A stretch of DNA of 64,000 nucleotides from Candidatus Hydrogenedentota bacterium (GCA_963745075.1 CAVUWV010000017.1:32001-96000), one strand, 5' to 3'; shown: positions 29,851 to 39,499, counted from the stretch's first letter. The notes: generated from the sequence alone by a model not told the origin. Translations and numbers: made by a program.

Positions 29851-30864
29851 ATGATCCGTAGTCGTGTATACGTCTTGTCGGCGATCGTTACGTTCGGATG
29901 TCTTCTGGCCGGCTGCCCCCAGCCGAACGACCCCACCCCGCCCGATCCGGATCCTATCATCGACTACCGGGCTGAGATGCGTACCTTTGTCACCGAACTC
30001 GCCGGTTATGCACGAAATGTCAATCCCGATTTCATGGTCATCGCTCAGAACGGTCCCGAACTGCTCACGACCAACGGCGAGGCGAACGGTGACCTGTCAA
30101 CGGACTATGCGAACGCATTGGATGGACTCGGCCAGGAACATTCCTTCTACGGACAGGATGCCTACAATACGGCCACCGCGCAGAACGACCGGGACTATTA
30201 CGTTGCTTTTCTGAACCGCGCGGAAACCGAAGGCATCGAAGTGCTCGTAACCGACTACTGCGACGTACCGGCGCTCGTTCTGGATGCCTATGCCCGTGCC
30301 GCGAATCGAGGTTACATCCACTTCGCGGCGCCCAACCCCAGCTACGACCTGGACACGATTCCCGCGTTTCCGGCAGCGCCATTCGGCGTGAACGACGGGG
30401 ATATCGCCACCCTCGCGGACGCGAAGAACTTCCTTTACGTCATCGACAGCGAACCGTTCGGATCGCGGGCGAATTTCGTCTCGGCGGTTCAAGCGACCGA
30501 CTACGACGTCCTCATCATGGACCCCTTCCACGACGGGACCGCTTTCACGGTGGACCAGGTGACGGCGCTGCGTGTGAAGGCGAACGGCGGCACGCGGCTG
30601 GTCATCGCCTATGTGAACATCGGCGCCGCCGAAACGTGGCGGTACTACTGGGACGCCAACTGGGAGACCGGGAACCCCGAGTGGATCGATGCGACGTACG
30701 ACGGGTACCCCGACGAGCATTGGGTGCACTATTGGGACAGCGCCTGGAAAGCCATCATCTACGGGAACGATACGTCATACCTCAAACGCGTTTTGGATGC
30801 CGGATTTGACGGCGTGTACCTTGACAACATTCTGGCTTTCGAATTCTTTGAGGGGCAAAACTAA
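29851..30864 (+). CDS. GH114/TM1410-like endo-alpha-1,4-polygalactosaminidase-type lipoprotein
   Basis: LAGC lipobox; IAYVNIGAAETWRYYW, GFDGVYLD, IAQNG and DGLGQE motifs. Confidence 0.8.
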   Translation: MIRSRVYVLSAIVTFGCLLAGCPQPNDPTPPDPDPIIDYRAEMRTFVTELAGYARNVNPDFMVIAQNGPELLTTNGEANGDLSTDYANALDGLGQEHSFYGQDAYNTATAQNDRDYYVAFLNRAETEGIEVLVTDYCDVPALVLDAYARAANRGYIHFAAPNPSYDLDTIPAFPAAPFGVNDGDIATLADAKNFLYVIDSEPFGSRANFVSAVQATDYDVLIMDPFHDGTAFTVDQVTALRVKANGGTRLVIAYVNIGAAETWRYYWDANWETGNPEWIDATYDGYPDEHWVHYWDSAWKAIIYGNDTSYLKRVLDAGFDGVYLDNILAFEFFEGQN

Positions 30865-30892
30865 AGCCGGCAATCTGAAGACCGCCGGCTTT
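30863..30892. terminator. Hairpin between convergent genes (possible bidirectional terminator)
   Basis: AAAGCCGGC-N12-GCCGGCTTT. Confidence 0.6.
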
Positions 30893-30974
30893 ACTATCCG
30901 TATTGGATTCCAGCAACCGCGTCACCTGCCTCAACTGTTGCGGCCGCTGTCCAATATCAAGTGTCGTTCAATTG

Positions 30975-31268
30975 TTACCAGGATCGGCCGCCGCGTCCAC
31001 CGCGATCGCCGCCTCGACCTCCTTCTGCTTTCGGACGGGCTTCGTTCACCCGCAGGGGCCGTCCACCCATATCTTTTCCGTCCAGGCCGCTGATGGCCGC
31101 CTGGGCTTCGCCGCTGTCCGGCATCTCCACGAAACCAAATCCCTTGGACTGGTCGGTGTACTTGTCGACAATGATTCGAGCGGAATCGACACGGCCGTAG
31201 CCTTCGAATGCCTGCTTCAGCTCATCTTCCGTTGCGTTGTACGGCAAGTTACCCACATAAATGTTCAT
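30975..31268 (-). CDS. RRM RNA-binding protein with Gly/Arg-rich tail
   Basis: RNP2 IYVGNL and RNP1 KGFGFVEM motifs. Confidence 0.95.
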   Translation of the reverse strand: MNIYVGNLPYNATEDELKQAFEGYGRVDSARIIVDKYTDQSKGFGFVEMPDSGEAQAAISGLDGKDMGGRPLRVNEARPKAEGGRGGDRGGRGGRSW

Positions 31269-31612
31269 CACGGGATCCTTCTGCTTTTCTACTACGTTTC
31301 ACCAATGGACGTGGTTCAAGACATCTGGGGGACCGAAGGGACCAAGGAAGAGCGAGAAGCGGCAGGTGAGGCGTCAAGCAGGATCATTGGTAGCAATCGT
31401 CATCCAAGAGTCAGGAACACTGGGGCCCTACACAGCACCCCACTTGGCTACGTTATATCATGCACTTTGCGATTTTGGCAATAGAAAATATCGGGAAAAG
31501 TTAGCCATCCTAGGCTCGCGGAAACCAATTCCCTCGCCTGGGGATCGTAGGTGGCGATTGTGGTTTGATAGCGAGGATTCACGGACTTCTTGGGCTCGCG
31601 GGAGCACGTTTA

Positions 31613-32323
31613 ATGCTGAATTATAAATACCGCATTATGGGCGCGGTCATCGTGGTGCTGAACGCCGGATTCGCGATCGCCGGAGATCCCGGTGTCGTTG
31701 CGGTGTCCCTCACCAATGCGGAATACCGGTTCCAATTGGTGGACAACCCGTCCCTCAAAGACCACCTGACGGTCTCCAAAGTGTTTCATGAACGCAAGGC
31801 GGAATGCGCCATCAATGGCGGATTCTTTGACGAGAATTTCAATCCGGTTGGTTACTACAAAGTCGACGGCGAGGTGCGTTCCTCCCATCCATCCCGGGGC
31901 CTGTCCGGCTATGTCTGTATCGACCGCGCCGGGAAGTTATCCATCCATTTCAAGGAGGTGGATCCGGAGAACTACGAGTCCGTCTTTCAAGCCGGTCCCA
32001 TGCTTGTCGACCCCGGCGGCGAACCCGGGATCAAGAGCGATGACGGCAAGATCGCCGACCGAACCGCTATTCTGCAACTGAAGGACGGATCCTTCGTGTT
32101 CCTGTATCACGCCAAGACAACTCTGTTCGCCCTTTCGCAATACATCCTGACCGAATACCGCACGGCCGATCGCGCCGTCAACCTCGATGGCGGTCCCGAA
32201 GCGGGCATCGCGACAAGGATCCCGACGCTCGAGTTTCGCGAGAATACAATTGCGAGCAAGGCGTATATTGTGGTGTCAGAAAAGACGAAAGGCGAAGCCG
32301 ACTCACTCTTAGAGAAGGAATAA
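31613..32323 (+). CDS. Phosphodiester glycosidase (NAGPA-like) family protein
   Basis: AINGGFF, QAGPML, RTAI, NLDGG motifs. Confidence 0.82.
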   Translation: MLNYKYRIMGAVIVVLNAGFAIAGDPGVVAVSLTNAEYRFQLVDNPSLKDHLTVSKVFHERKAECAINGGFFDENFNPVGYYKVDGEVRSSHPSRGLSGYVCIDRAGKLSIHFKEVDPENYESVFQAGPMLVDPGGEPGIKSDDGKIADRTAILQLKDGSFVFLYHAKTTLFALSQYILTEYRTADRAVNLDGGPEAGIATRIPTLEFRENTIASKAYIVVSEKTKGEADSLLEKE

Positions 32324-32407
32324 ACTCTCGGGGTGTACCGCACCCGTGTGATTCGCATATAATCACACCCAATCTACAACAACAAACGAGGGCGTTGCGG
32401 CACCAGG

Positions 32408-32746
32408 ATGTCAGACTTCACTATGTTCGTACCGGGATTCATAGTTGGTGTATTGACGATGCTTTTTGTCCAGTTCCTGCTATACGCGGCACGACCTTGG
32501 ACGAAAGCCCTGCTGTCTGGCGCTCGGGTGCCTTTTCTCCTGATTGTCGCCATGCGGCTGCGCGGCAACCCGCCGACCCGCATCATCGATGCATACGTTC
32601 AGCTGAGGAAACGCGGACGCTCTGTATCGCTTAGTGAAGTGGAGGCCACGTATATGGCCTTTCGCGAAAGCGCGTCGTCCGTCGAAGACCTTGTTCGAAT
32701 GGTGGATGAAGGGCACCTTCGACAACAGGAAATATCCACAAATTAA
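32408..32746 (+). CDS. Short FloA/YqfA (flotillin-like) N-terminal domain protein
   Basis: TM helix followed by W..ALLSGARV....IVAMRLRGNPP..I, resembling the FloA N-terminus; only 112 aa. Confidence 0.65.
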   Translation: MSDFTMFVPGFIVGVLTMLFVQFLLYAARPWTKALLSGARVPFLLIVAMRLRGNPPTRIIDAYVQLRKRGRSVSLSEVEATYMAFRESASSVEDLVRMVDEGHLRQQEISTN

Positions 32747-32793
32747 TTGTAAATGATGATACCAGGGAGTGGATCTAGCGAGTCCGTGTTCTT

Positions 32794-34227
32794 CTACGCA
32801 TCCTGATACGTGCGCCGCATCGTGGTCGACAGGATTCCCATGCCTTCGCGGTATTTGGTGACCGTGCGGCGGGCGATGTTGATGCCTTGCTCCTTCAGCA
32901 GATTCGCGATTTTCTGATCGCTCAGCGGTTTTGATTTGTCCTCGTCTTCGATGATCTTCTTGATAAGGGATTGGACACTCTTCGAGGATTGCGCCTCGCC
33001 GCTGTCCCGCCGCAATCCGGGGGAGAAGAAGTACTTCATTTCGAAGAGGCCTTGCGGGGTCTGCATGTATTTGCCGCGGGTGGTCCGGCTCACCGTCGCC
33101 TCATGGACGCCAACCTTGTCCGCGATTTCCTGCAAGGTGAGCGGCCTGATCGCTTCGACACCCTTGTCAAAAAACTCCTGCTGAACGTCCACGATGGCGC
33201 TCGCAATGCGCAGAATGGTCTGTTGCCGCTGTTGAATGTTGCGGATTAACCACCGCGCGGATTCCACCTTGTCCCGCAGATACTGTTTCTCGTCCTTGGT
33301 CACCTTGCCGTTCTGCATCATCCGGCGGTAATCGCCGTTGATGCGCAGTTCCGGCACGGTTTCATCGGAGAGATACACCACGAACTCGCCATCAATCTTT
33401 TCGACGATGACGTCCGGCGTAACGTACTGCGGCGGATCCGACGAGTACTCCAACCCCGGCCACGGATCCAGAGTCGAGAGCATTTCTTTCAACTCTTCCA
33501 CCCGCTCCGGCGCGACCGCCATCGCTTTGGCAATCTTGGGAATCTGCCGGTGCTCCAATTCCTCGAGGTGTTCCGAAACCAATGTCTTCAGCTGGACCTC
33601 GTCCGGATACTCCACGTTGATTTGGAGTAGCAGACACTCGACAATATCGCGGGCTCCCACGCCCGTCGGTTCAAAGCGCTGGATCCGATAGAGGACACGC
33701 TCCACCTCCGTGGGCGTGACGTTCAAGGTCTGGGCGATTTCGTCGATGTCGCCGGTGAAGTAGCCTTTGTGATCGATGTCCCCGATGATTTGTTCCCCGA
33801 TGGCATAGGTCTTCTCATCGGGTGCCGCCATCCGCAACTGCGTCAGGAGCTTCGAGGTGAAGGATTCCTCCTTCGTGATGGAGTTCTGGTAATACTCCCG
33901 GCGTCCCTGCATGTCCGGGTTGCGCGAGAAGTCCGTGCCTTCCCGCCGGAAATCCGTCCACATGCTGGCGTAGTCATCGAGATTGAAGGCGCTGTCGTCG
34001 ACCGTTGCCCCGTCGGAATTCGTCGTGGTTTCCGACTTGGGTTCCGGCTCCGGTTTGGCCTCTTGTTGAAGCTGATCCAGGACCGGGTTGGTCTCCAATT
34101 CCTGCTGAACGTACTGTTCCAGTTCTATGCCGGACAGTTGCAGTATATGGATCGCCTGCTGCATCTTTTGGGTCAGCATCAGACGCTGGGTTTGCGTCTG
34201 GGCCAACCGATGTTCCATATGCATCAT
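32794..34227 (-). CDS. rpoN: RNA polymerase sigma-54 factor
   Basis: Gln-rich region I, HEATVSR HTH, RpoN box ARRTVTKYRE. Confidence 0.97.
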   Translation of the reverse strand: MMHMEHRLAQTQTQRLMLTQKMQQAIHILQLSGIELEQYVQQELETNPVLDQLQQEAKPEPEPKSETTTNSDGATVDDSAFNLDDYASMWTDFRREGTDFSRNPDMQGRREYYQNSITKEESFTSKLLTQLRMAAPDEKTYAIGEQIIGDIDHKGYFTGDIDEIAQTLNVTPTEVERVLYRIQRFEPTGVGARDIVECLLLQINVEYPDEVQLKTLVSEHLEELEHRQIPKIAKAMAVAPERVEELKEMLSTLDPWPGLEYSSDPPQYVTPDVIVEKIDGEFVVYLSDETVPELRINGDYRRMMQNGKVTKDEKQYLRDKVESARWLIRNIQQRQQTILRIASAIVDVQQEFFDKGVEAIRPLTLQEIADKVGVHEATVSRTTRGKYMQTPQGLFEMKYFFSPGLRRDSGEAQSSKSVQSLIKKIIEDEDKSKPLSDQKIANLLKEQGINIARRTVTKYREGMGILSTTMRRTYQDA

Positions 34228-34259
34228 GCGCTAAGTTCCTCCCAAGCAAGTCACGTGCC

Positions 34260-34288
34260 ATTATACTCGAACATCCCGGGCCTGTCAA
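34260..34288 (-). promoter_or_regulatory. Consensus sigma70 promoter for rpoN: TTGACA-N17-TATAAT
   Basis: tgtcaa at 34283-34288 and attata at 34260-34265 on the + strand. Confidence 0.8.
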
Positions 34289-34317
34289 TTGAACCGAAAC
34301 CCCACCGTTGTTATAAT
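34289..34317 (+). promoter_or_regulatory. Sigma70 promoter TTGAAC-N17-TATAAT
   Basis: Abuts the -35 box of the rpoN promoter. Confidence 0.75.
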
Positions 34318-34367
34318 TTGCTACAGTACAATAGGTTATGCTTAGGCCAGTCTGGATATCGCACGCG

Positions 34368-34540
34368 CGCGAACCGGCCGGTGCACAACTGGTGACGGTA
34401 TCAAGGGTTCTACGTGATACCGCGAGCCTGAGGTGACAAACCACCGCGAGTTCGCTATCCTCACAACGGAGCTGCGGGTGTGCTCGGGAGCTTTTCTCAC
34501 CGCACCACAGGCTATATCGCGCCGGCAGGCGCTGTTCGCG
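34368..34540 (+). ncRNA. Candidate multi-branched structured RNA (family unassigned)
   Basis: Nested stems: 34368-74/34534-40, 34377-84/34519-26, 34396-403/34415-22, 34425-30/34508-13. Confidence 0.4.
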
Positions 34541-34571
34541 GCCACGAAGAATGCGGGTTAGGAGGCCGGTT

Positions 34572-35348
34572 TTGATACGCTTTTGTCTGCTCGGGAGTGG
34601 TAGCAGTGGCAACGCGATCCTGGTCAAGACGCGCGACTCCAAGATTCTCATTGACAATGGCTTAAGCTTCAAACAACTCCGGCTCCGCGCCGCCGAGATC
34701 GGCGAGGATCTCTCCAATCTCAAGGCCGTTTTCGTCACCCACGAGCATTCCGACCATGTGAGCGGCGTCGGAATCCTCGCCCGCAAGATCGATGTTCCCG
34801 TATACATGACACCCGAAACCTTCGCATCGCTTCCCGCGACGATCGGTCGAATCCCCATGGTGCGTTTTATCGAGGCCGGGGAAGAAACTGCCTTCAACGG
34901 CGTGTCCGTCGGAAGTTTCAGCATTTCCCACGACGCGGCCGACCCGGTGAGCTACATCGTCGAATCCGACGGGATGAAACTTGGCATTGCCGCAGATATG
35001 GGCCAAGCGTCGGCGCTGGTGCGGCAGCGACTCGCGGGTTCCCACGGCTTGATTCTCGAATCCAATTATTGCCCCAAGATGCTGCGGCGCGGAACGTATC
35101 CCCCCATGATTCAGCAGCGAATCCGGGGCCGCCAGGGGCACCTGTCCAACGCGACCATGTGCTCGCTCTTGTCGCAGGTGCTTCATGACGCGCTCCGAGT
35201 CGTCGTGTTGGTCCACATCAGCGCTGAGAACAACACGGCGGATCTCGCCCTGAGCATGGCCGGTCATGTTGTGCGGAACCTGCCTGTGCAACTCGTCGCG
35301 GCTTGTCAGGACCGGCCCACGCCGGTCTTCGAGCTGGTGCCCTCATGA
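34572..35348 (+). CDS. MBL-fold metallo-hydrolase (YycJ/WalJ-like)
   Basis: GSGSSGN, THEHSDH, SHDA, LESNY, GHLSN motifs; AGGAGG before TTG. Confidence 0.92.
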   Translation: MIRFCLLGSGSSGNAILVKTRDSKILIDNGLSFKQLRLRAAEIGEDLSNLKAVFVTHEHSDHVSGVGILARKIDVPVYMTPETFASLPATIGRIPMVRFIEAGEETAFNGVSVGSFSISHDAADPVSYIVESDGMKLGIAADMGQASALVRQRLAGSHGLILESNYCPKMLRRGTYPPMIQQRIRGRQGHLSNATMCSLLSQVLHDALRVVVLVHISAENNTADLALSMAGHVVRNLPVQLVAACQDRPTPVFELVPS

Positions 35349-36601
35349 AGCCCGCCGCCTTCTTCCGGACCGATCCCGTACGCCGGGTCCTGAAGCGGGC
35401 ATCTACTGCCGGGTCTGTGCCCGTAAGCGTTCACTTCGTCGATTCCGAAGCAGACTGGCCGGCATTGGCGAGCGAGGGTCAGTGCGAGGCGTGCCGTTAT
35501 GTGAACGGGTTGGAAGGAGGTGCGGAGGCGTGCCGTCAATCCCGGCGGACCGCCGCTCTCAGGACCTGCAAGACGAGGCGGCCGGCCCCGTTTCTGTGCC
35601 ACATGGGCTTCGCGTGCGTTGCCACCCCCGGCATGCCGGACGACGCGCAGGGAATTGTCGTTACGTTGGGTCCATTCTGTCCCTCGGAAGCGCCGGAAAC
35701 CCTGGTTGAAGATGCCATGCGGGGCCTGAAGATACTTGAGAAGAAGGACCGGCCCTTCTTGCCCATGCCGGTCTCCGACATCGCCTCGGTATCGGGGGAG
35801 GCGGTTCCGGCGATCGCGGAATGGACTTCGGAAGCGCTGGCCGCACTCTGGAAGGATGCCGAAGAACAAGAGCGCAGCGCTCGAGGAGAATCGGAATCGC
35901 CCGAGCAACCGCGAGAACGGACCACGCGTCGCCGGAGGGGCAAAGCGCCGGATACCTCGCCCTACCGCGGCGCCGACATTGCCGCCGCATTGGCGGGGGG
36001 AAACCAAACCCAGGCGCGCGCCTTGGTCCGGTCGGCCGTCGCCGACGTCGGCGACCGGGGCGAGGTGATCGCCGTTCGCCGGGCCAGGACCATCGCCCTA
36101 GTCGGGGCGACGCTCGAAGCCGCGGAACGGGCAGGCTTGGAAACGCCGGAGTCCTGGGAAGAGTTTCCAGCGTTTCTAGCGTCCGTCCGGCAGGCCCGAA
36201 CGGACAGCGAGTTGGTCGACGGCGCTATGGCCCTGCTGGCGATTATCCTGCGCCGAACCGTGCGCGCGACAACGGACGGGGTACTCGCGGAGTTGAATCG
36301 CATCGTCATGGAGCGTCTTCCGGAAGCGATTCAACTGAATGAAGTCGCAGAACGGCTGGGCCGGCATCCCACGGCGATTACCCACCAGCTTCAGCGCAAG
36401 TTCGGTCTTTCCTATACCCAGTTTGTCGGACGCCTCCGTATCGACATGGCCAAAGATCTTCTTCGCCGGACGCGGCTCAGCGTCCGGGACGTGGCCAGCC
36501 GGGTCGGGGTCCAGGACGGCAGCAATTTCAGCAAATTATTCCGGAAGTTCGAGGGCGTATCCCCTCAGCAGTACCGGACGCAATACAGGAGTAAACGATG
36601 A
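35345..36601 (+). CDS. AraC family regulator with PocR-like N-terminal sensor
   Basis: Cys-rich C..C/CHMG/GPF N-terminus; C-terminal AraC HTH (NFSKLFRKFEGVSPQQYR); ATGA overlap with the MBL gene. Confidence 0.85.
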   Translation: MKPAAFFRTDPVRRVLKRASTAGSVPVSVHFVDSEADWPALASEGQCEACRYVNGLEGGAEACRQSRRTAALRTCKTRRPAPFLCHMGFACVATPGMPDDAQGIVVTLGPFCPSEAPETLVEDAMRGLKILEKKDRPFLPMPVSDIASVSGEAVPAIAEWTSEALAALWKDAEEQERSARGESESPEQPRERTTRRRRGKAPDTSPYRGADIAAALAGGNQTQARALVRSAVADVGDRGEVIAVRRARTIALVGATLEAAERAGLETPESWEEFPAFLASVRQARTDSELVDGAMALLAIILRRTVRATTDGVLAELNRIVMERLPEAIQLNEVAERLGRHPTAITHQLQRKFGLSYTQFVGRLRIDMAKDLLRRTRLSVRDVASRVGVQDGSNFSKLFRKFEGVSPQQYRTQYRSKR

Positions 36602-36821
36602 CTGTCCCCCCGAAACCGCAGCAATCCGTTGCGGATCGCATAAAGGAGTGGTGGCTGCGCGTTCGTTGCCCGACGGAATTTCTATGTGACAATTGCCGCT
36701 ACGATCATCCGTCGGCGTGTCTGCATCCCGAGCGGCCCAATGCCGTAAAGTGCCCGGATTACCGCCCGAAATGACGTTCTGCCGAGGCCGCTGGGTGTCG
36801 GCGGTTGAACAAGGAGGACTC

Positions 36822-38555
36822 ATGAATCGACGTTCGTTCATGGTTCGCTGGAGCGGCGCAGTTTCGGCCGCGTGTCTGATTCTGGGAGTGCTCGCCGGCT
36901 GCGGCGGACGTGACGAAGAGACCGCCACCTCCGCGAAGACCGCCCCCGAGCATCACCCAGCCGTAGTCGATCTCTTGGAACTGATGCCGGAATCAGCCGT
37001 GACGGCCATCGCGACGCCTTCCGTGCGTGAATTCGGCGACAGCGTCGAAGGGTTCTTGCTCCGTGCTTCCCCCGATTCCATCAATATGGAGGCCGAGATC
37101 CGAGTCGTCATTCAACAGATGGGCCGGGCGATCGGCGTACCCGACGCGCATCACCTGGATGACATCGCCTTCGAATACGCGGTAGACCCGGAACGACCGG
37201 CAGCCCTCTTCGTAGGTACCTCCTTGCCGAAGCCCATTCGGGGCGAAGTCAGCGAGGGTGAGCCAGAACCAAGCCTCGGCAGTTCGAACGAGCGCGATAG
37301 ATTGACGCCTGCCGACAATAACGACGCTGAGTTCGCCATAGTCGCGTACACACTCGACCCCGCGGAAACGGAACGTGCCATCCTGCGCTTCTTGGACGAT
37401 GCCGAACTTTATCCGGATCCGGTCCAAATCAATGGCATCCCAATGCACTTCACGAAGGATCTGCAATGGTGTTACTTCCTCCACGACGACATGGCGGCAT
37501 TCGGAACGTACGCTCTGGTGCAAATGATTCCCCGTCACATCAACAGTTCGGCCCCCGTGCGGTATGGTACTGCCGACTGCCCTTCCGATCCCAACGATCG
37601 ACTCGTGCAGCTCACGCGTTTTGACCGGTTCGATCGCACGATGCCCGTTGTGTCCGAGGCGGAAGCTGACCTGCCACCGGAAGTGTCGGAATCCGTGTCC
37701 GGTGTGCTCCGCAACATGCAGACCTTGTTTCAAGGGAACGATCCCATGATTACGGTGTATCGCGTTGCCGACGACTCGATCAACGTCGTGACGCGCCTCG
37801 ACCGGCATCGCTATCCCGCGCTGGCCGACTGGCGCGGACCGGGACATGGACTCTCGCACCTGGCCATGCTGCCCGACGACACGGTCTCCACACTCTCGTG
37901 GGACTTCGACGGCACCATGCGCGACCTAATCGTCAATGCCATCAAGAGTCCGCTCGCCGCCGAAAGCAAGACCGATCAACCCGCCGCGCCGATGTTTGCA
38001 TCGATGGGAGCGCTCGTTGACTTGGTGCGAGGCAACATCACGATTGCCGTTGTAAAGCCCGACGCAGGTGATCCCGCGCTGCTGGTCTTGGCCGACGTTG
38101 CCGACGGCGATAATGCAAGAACGCAACTTCGAGCGTCCGGTTTGATGCCGCTCGTCAGCGAAACCTACAACGGGACCGATATCTGCCTTCTCCCAGTGCC
38201 CGTCCCCATCGGTGATGGCCTGTGCTATGCCTTGCCCGGCAATACGTTCGTGCTTTCCACGGACCTTGGCCGGCTTAAAACGGCGATCGATTCCATCGAG
38301 GGGTCCCGCACCACAAACTGGGCCGCCAATCAGGAGCCGGCGTTGGATCCACATGCTCCGACGTTCACGGCCCTCCTGATTAAGCCGCATCCCCTGTCCG
38401 AAGCGCTGCTTCCGCAATTGGAGTCGCAGCATGCGGTCGATGCCGGCGATATGGCCACCGCTAAGTTGGTATGGGAGCACATTCGGGAAGTGCGCTTCAC
38501 GACCAGCATCAACGGAATCTGGCAAGAAGGACATTTGCGCGTCACGACGGACTAA
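36822..38555 (+). CDS. Hypothetical lipoprotein
   Basis: GGAGG SD; LAGC lipobox; long ORF. Confidence 0.75.
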   Translation: MNRRSFMVRWSGAVSAACLILGVLAGCGGRDEETATSAKTAPEHHPAVVDLLELMPESAVTAIATPSVREFGDSVEGFLLRASPDSINMEAEIRVVIQQMGRAIGVPDAHHLDDIAFEYAVDPERPAALFVGTSLPKPIRGEVSEGEPEPSLGSSNERDRLTPADNNDAEFAIVAYTLDPAETERAILRFLDDAELYPDPVQINGIPMHFTKDLQWCYFLHDDMAAFGTYALVQMIPRHINSSAPVRYGTADCPSDPNDRLVQLTRFDRFDRTMPVVSEAEADLPPEVSESVSGVLRNMQTLFQGNDPMITVYRVADDSINVVTRLDRHRYPALADWRGPGHGLSHLAMLPDDTVSTLSWDFDGTMRDLIVNAIKSPLAAESKTDQPAAPMFASMGALVDLVRGNITIAVVKPDAGDPALLVLADVADGDNARTQLRASGLMPLVSETYNGTDICLLPVPVPIGDGLCYALPGNTFVLSTDLGRLKTAIDSIEGSRTTNWAANQEPALDPHAPTFTALLIKPHPLSEALLPQLESQHAVDAGDMATAKLVWEHIREVRFTTSINGIWQEGHLRVTTD

Positions 38556-38664
38556 GTGTTTGCGCCGGCACGCTTTTGCGAATAGTGCGCATTTTGTCAA
38601 ACTTCCCGCCTGTGGTATGCTTTATACGGCGAATGCCGGGAGCCGGAACCCTGAGGAATGCTTC

Positions 38665-39093
38665 GTGCCGAAGCCATTTTTCGTAAAAGAGTTCGACAGC
38701 ACGATGGACGCGCTCGGCCAGACCCTGAAGAGCGCACTCGATAAGCTGGTGGAACGGGGCTGGGTGGAAGCCGACCAGACCTTCTACGCCCAGCTCTGCC
38801 TGGAGGAAGCACTGGTAAACGCCATAACCCACGGAAATAAGTGCGACGCCTGTCGTAAGGTGCGCATCGAGATGGTCGAAGAAGGGGAATTCTGCCACAT
38901 ACGTGTGTATGATGAAGGCAGTGGGTTTTGTCCGGATGACGTTGAGCTTCCAAGTCAGGAGCAACTTAACGGACGTGGGGTGTGTTTGATGCGATACTGT
39001 ATGGATGATGTGTCCTATAACCACGAGACAAAGTGTCTGGAGATGAAGATGCGGCGCAACGCCTTGTGCAAAGGGGGGTCCCGCCATGAGTGA
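38665..39093 (+). CDS. RsbW-like anti-sigma factor / Ser kinase (HATPase_c)
   Basis: EEALVNAITHGN, DEGSGF, GRGV motifs. Confidence 0.88.
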   Translation: MPKPFFVKEFDSTMDALGQTLKSALDKLVERGWVEADQTFYAQLCLEEALVNAITHGNKCDACRKVRIEMVEEGEFCHIRVYDEGSGFCPDDVELPSQEQLNGRGVCLMRYCMDDVSYNHETKCLEMKMRRNALCKGGSRHE

Positions 39094-39499
39094 CGGATCC
39101 TTGATTGATTTTACCGAACGCGGTGTTATTACCATCGGGAAGATCCAGGCGGGGAGTGTGCTGGACGCGGTCAACGTGAACCAATTCGGTAAAGAGGTGC
39201 TCGAGTTCGTTGCGACCCACCCCGATTTGAATCTGTTACTGGACTTCCAGAGTGTTGAGTATTTGTCGAGTGCCGTTCTGACCGAACTTCTGCGCATCAA
39301 TCAGGCGTGCAAGGAGGCGGGGGGCGGTCTGCGTCTGTGCGGACTCAATGCGGATATTACGAAGGTATTCGAGATCACCAATCTCGATCGCATGTTCGTG
39401 ATATACGGAGCCGTCGACGACGCCGTCAAGCGGTATGCCCGTTCGCTGACCATCCAGGCTGAGGAGCAAGCGTGGTCCCACGTCCGTAAGGACACCTGA
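39086..39499 (+). CDS. STAS domain anti-anti-sigma factor
   Basis: LLDFQSVEYLSSAVL, LRLCGL, VFEITNLD motifs. Confidence 0.9.
   Translation: MSDGSLIDFTERGVITIGKIQAGSVLDAVNVNQFGKEVLEFVATHPDLNLLLDFQSVEYLSSAVLTELLRINQACKEAGGGLRLCGLNADITKVFEITNLDRMFVIYGAVDDAVKRYARSLTIQAEEQAWSHVRKDT

Noticed and set aside
38566..38580. Possible sigma-54 promoter (CGGCACGCTTTTGC) before the rsbW-like gene
   Set aside because: GG-to-GC spacing is 9 nt rather than the required 10; a sigma70-like TTGTCA-N16-TATGCT follows.
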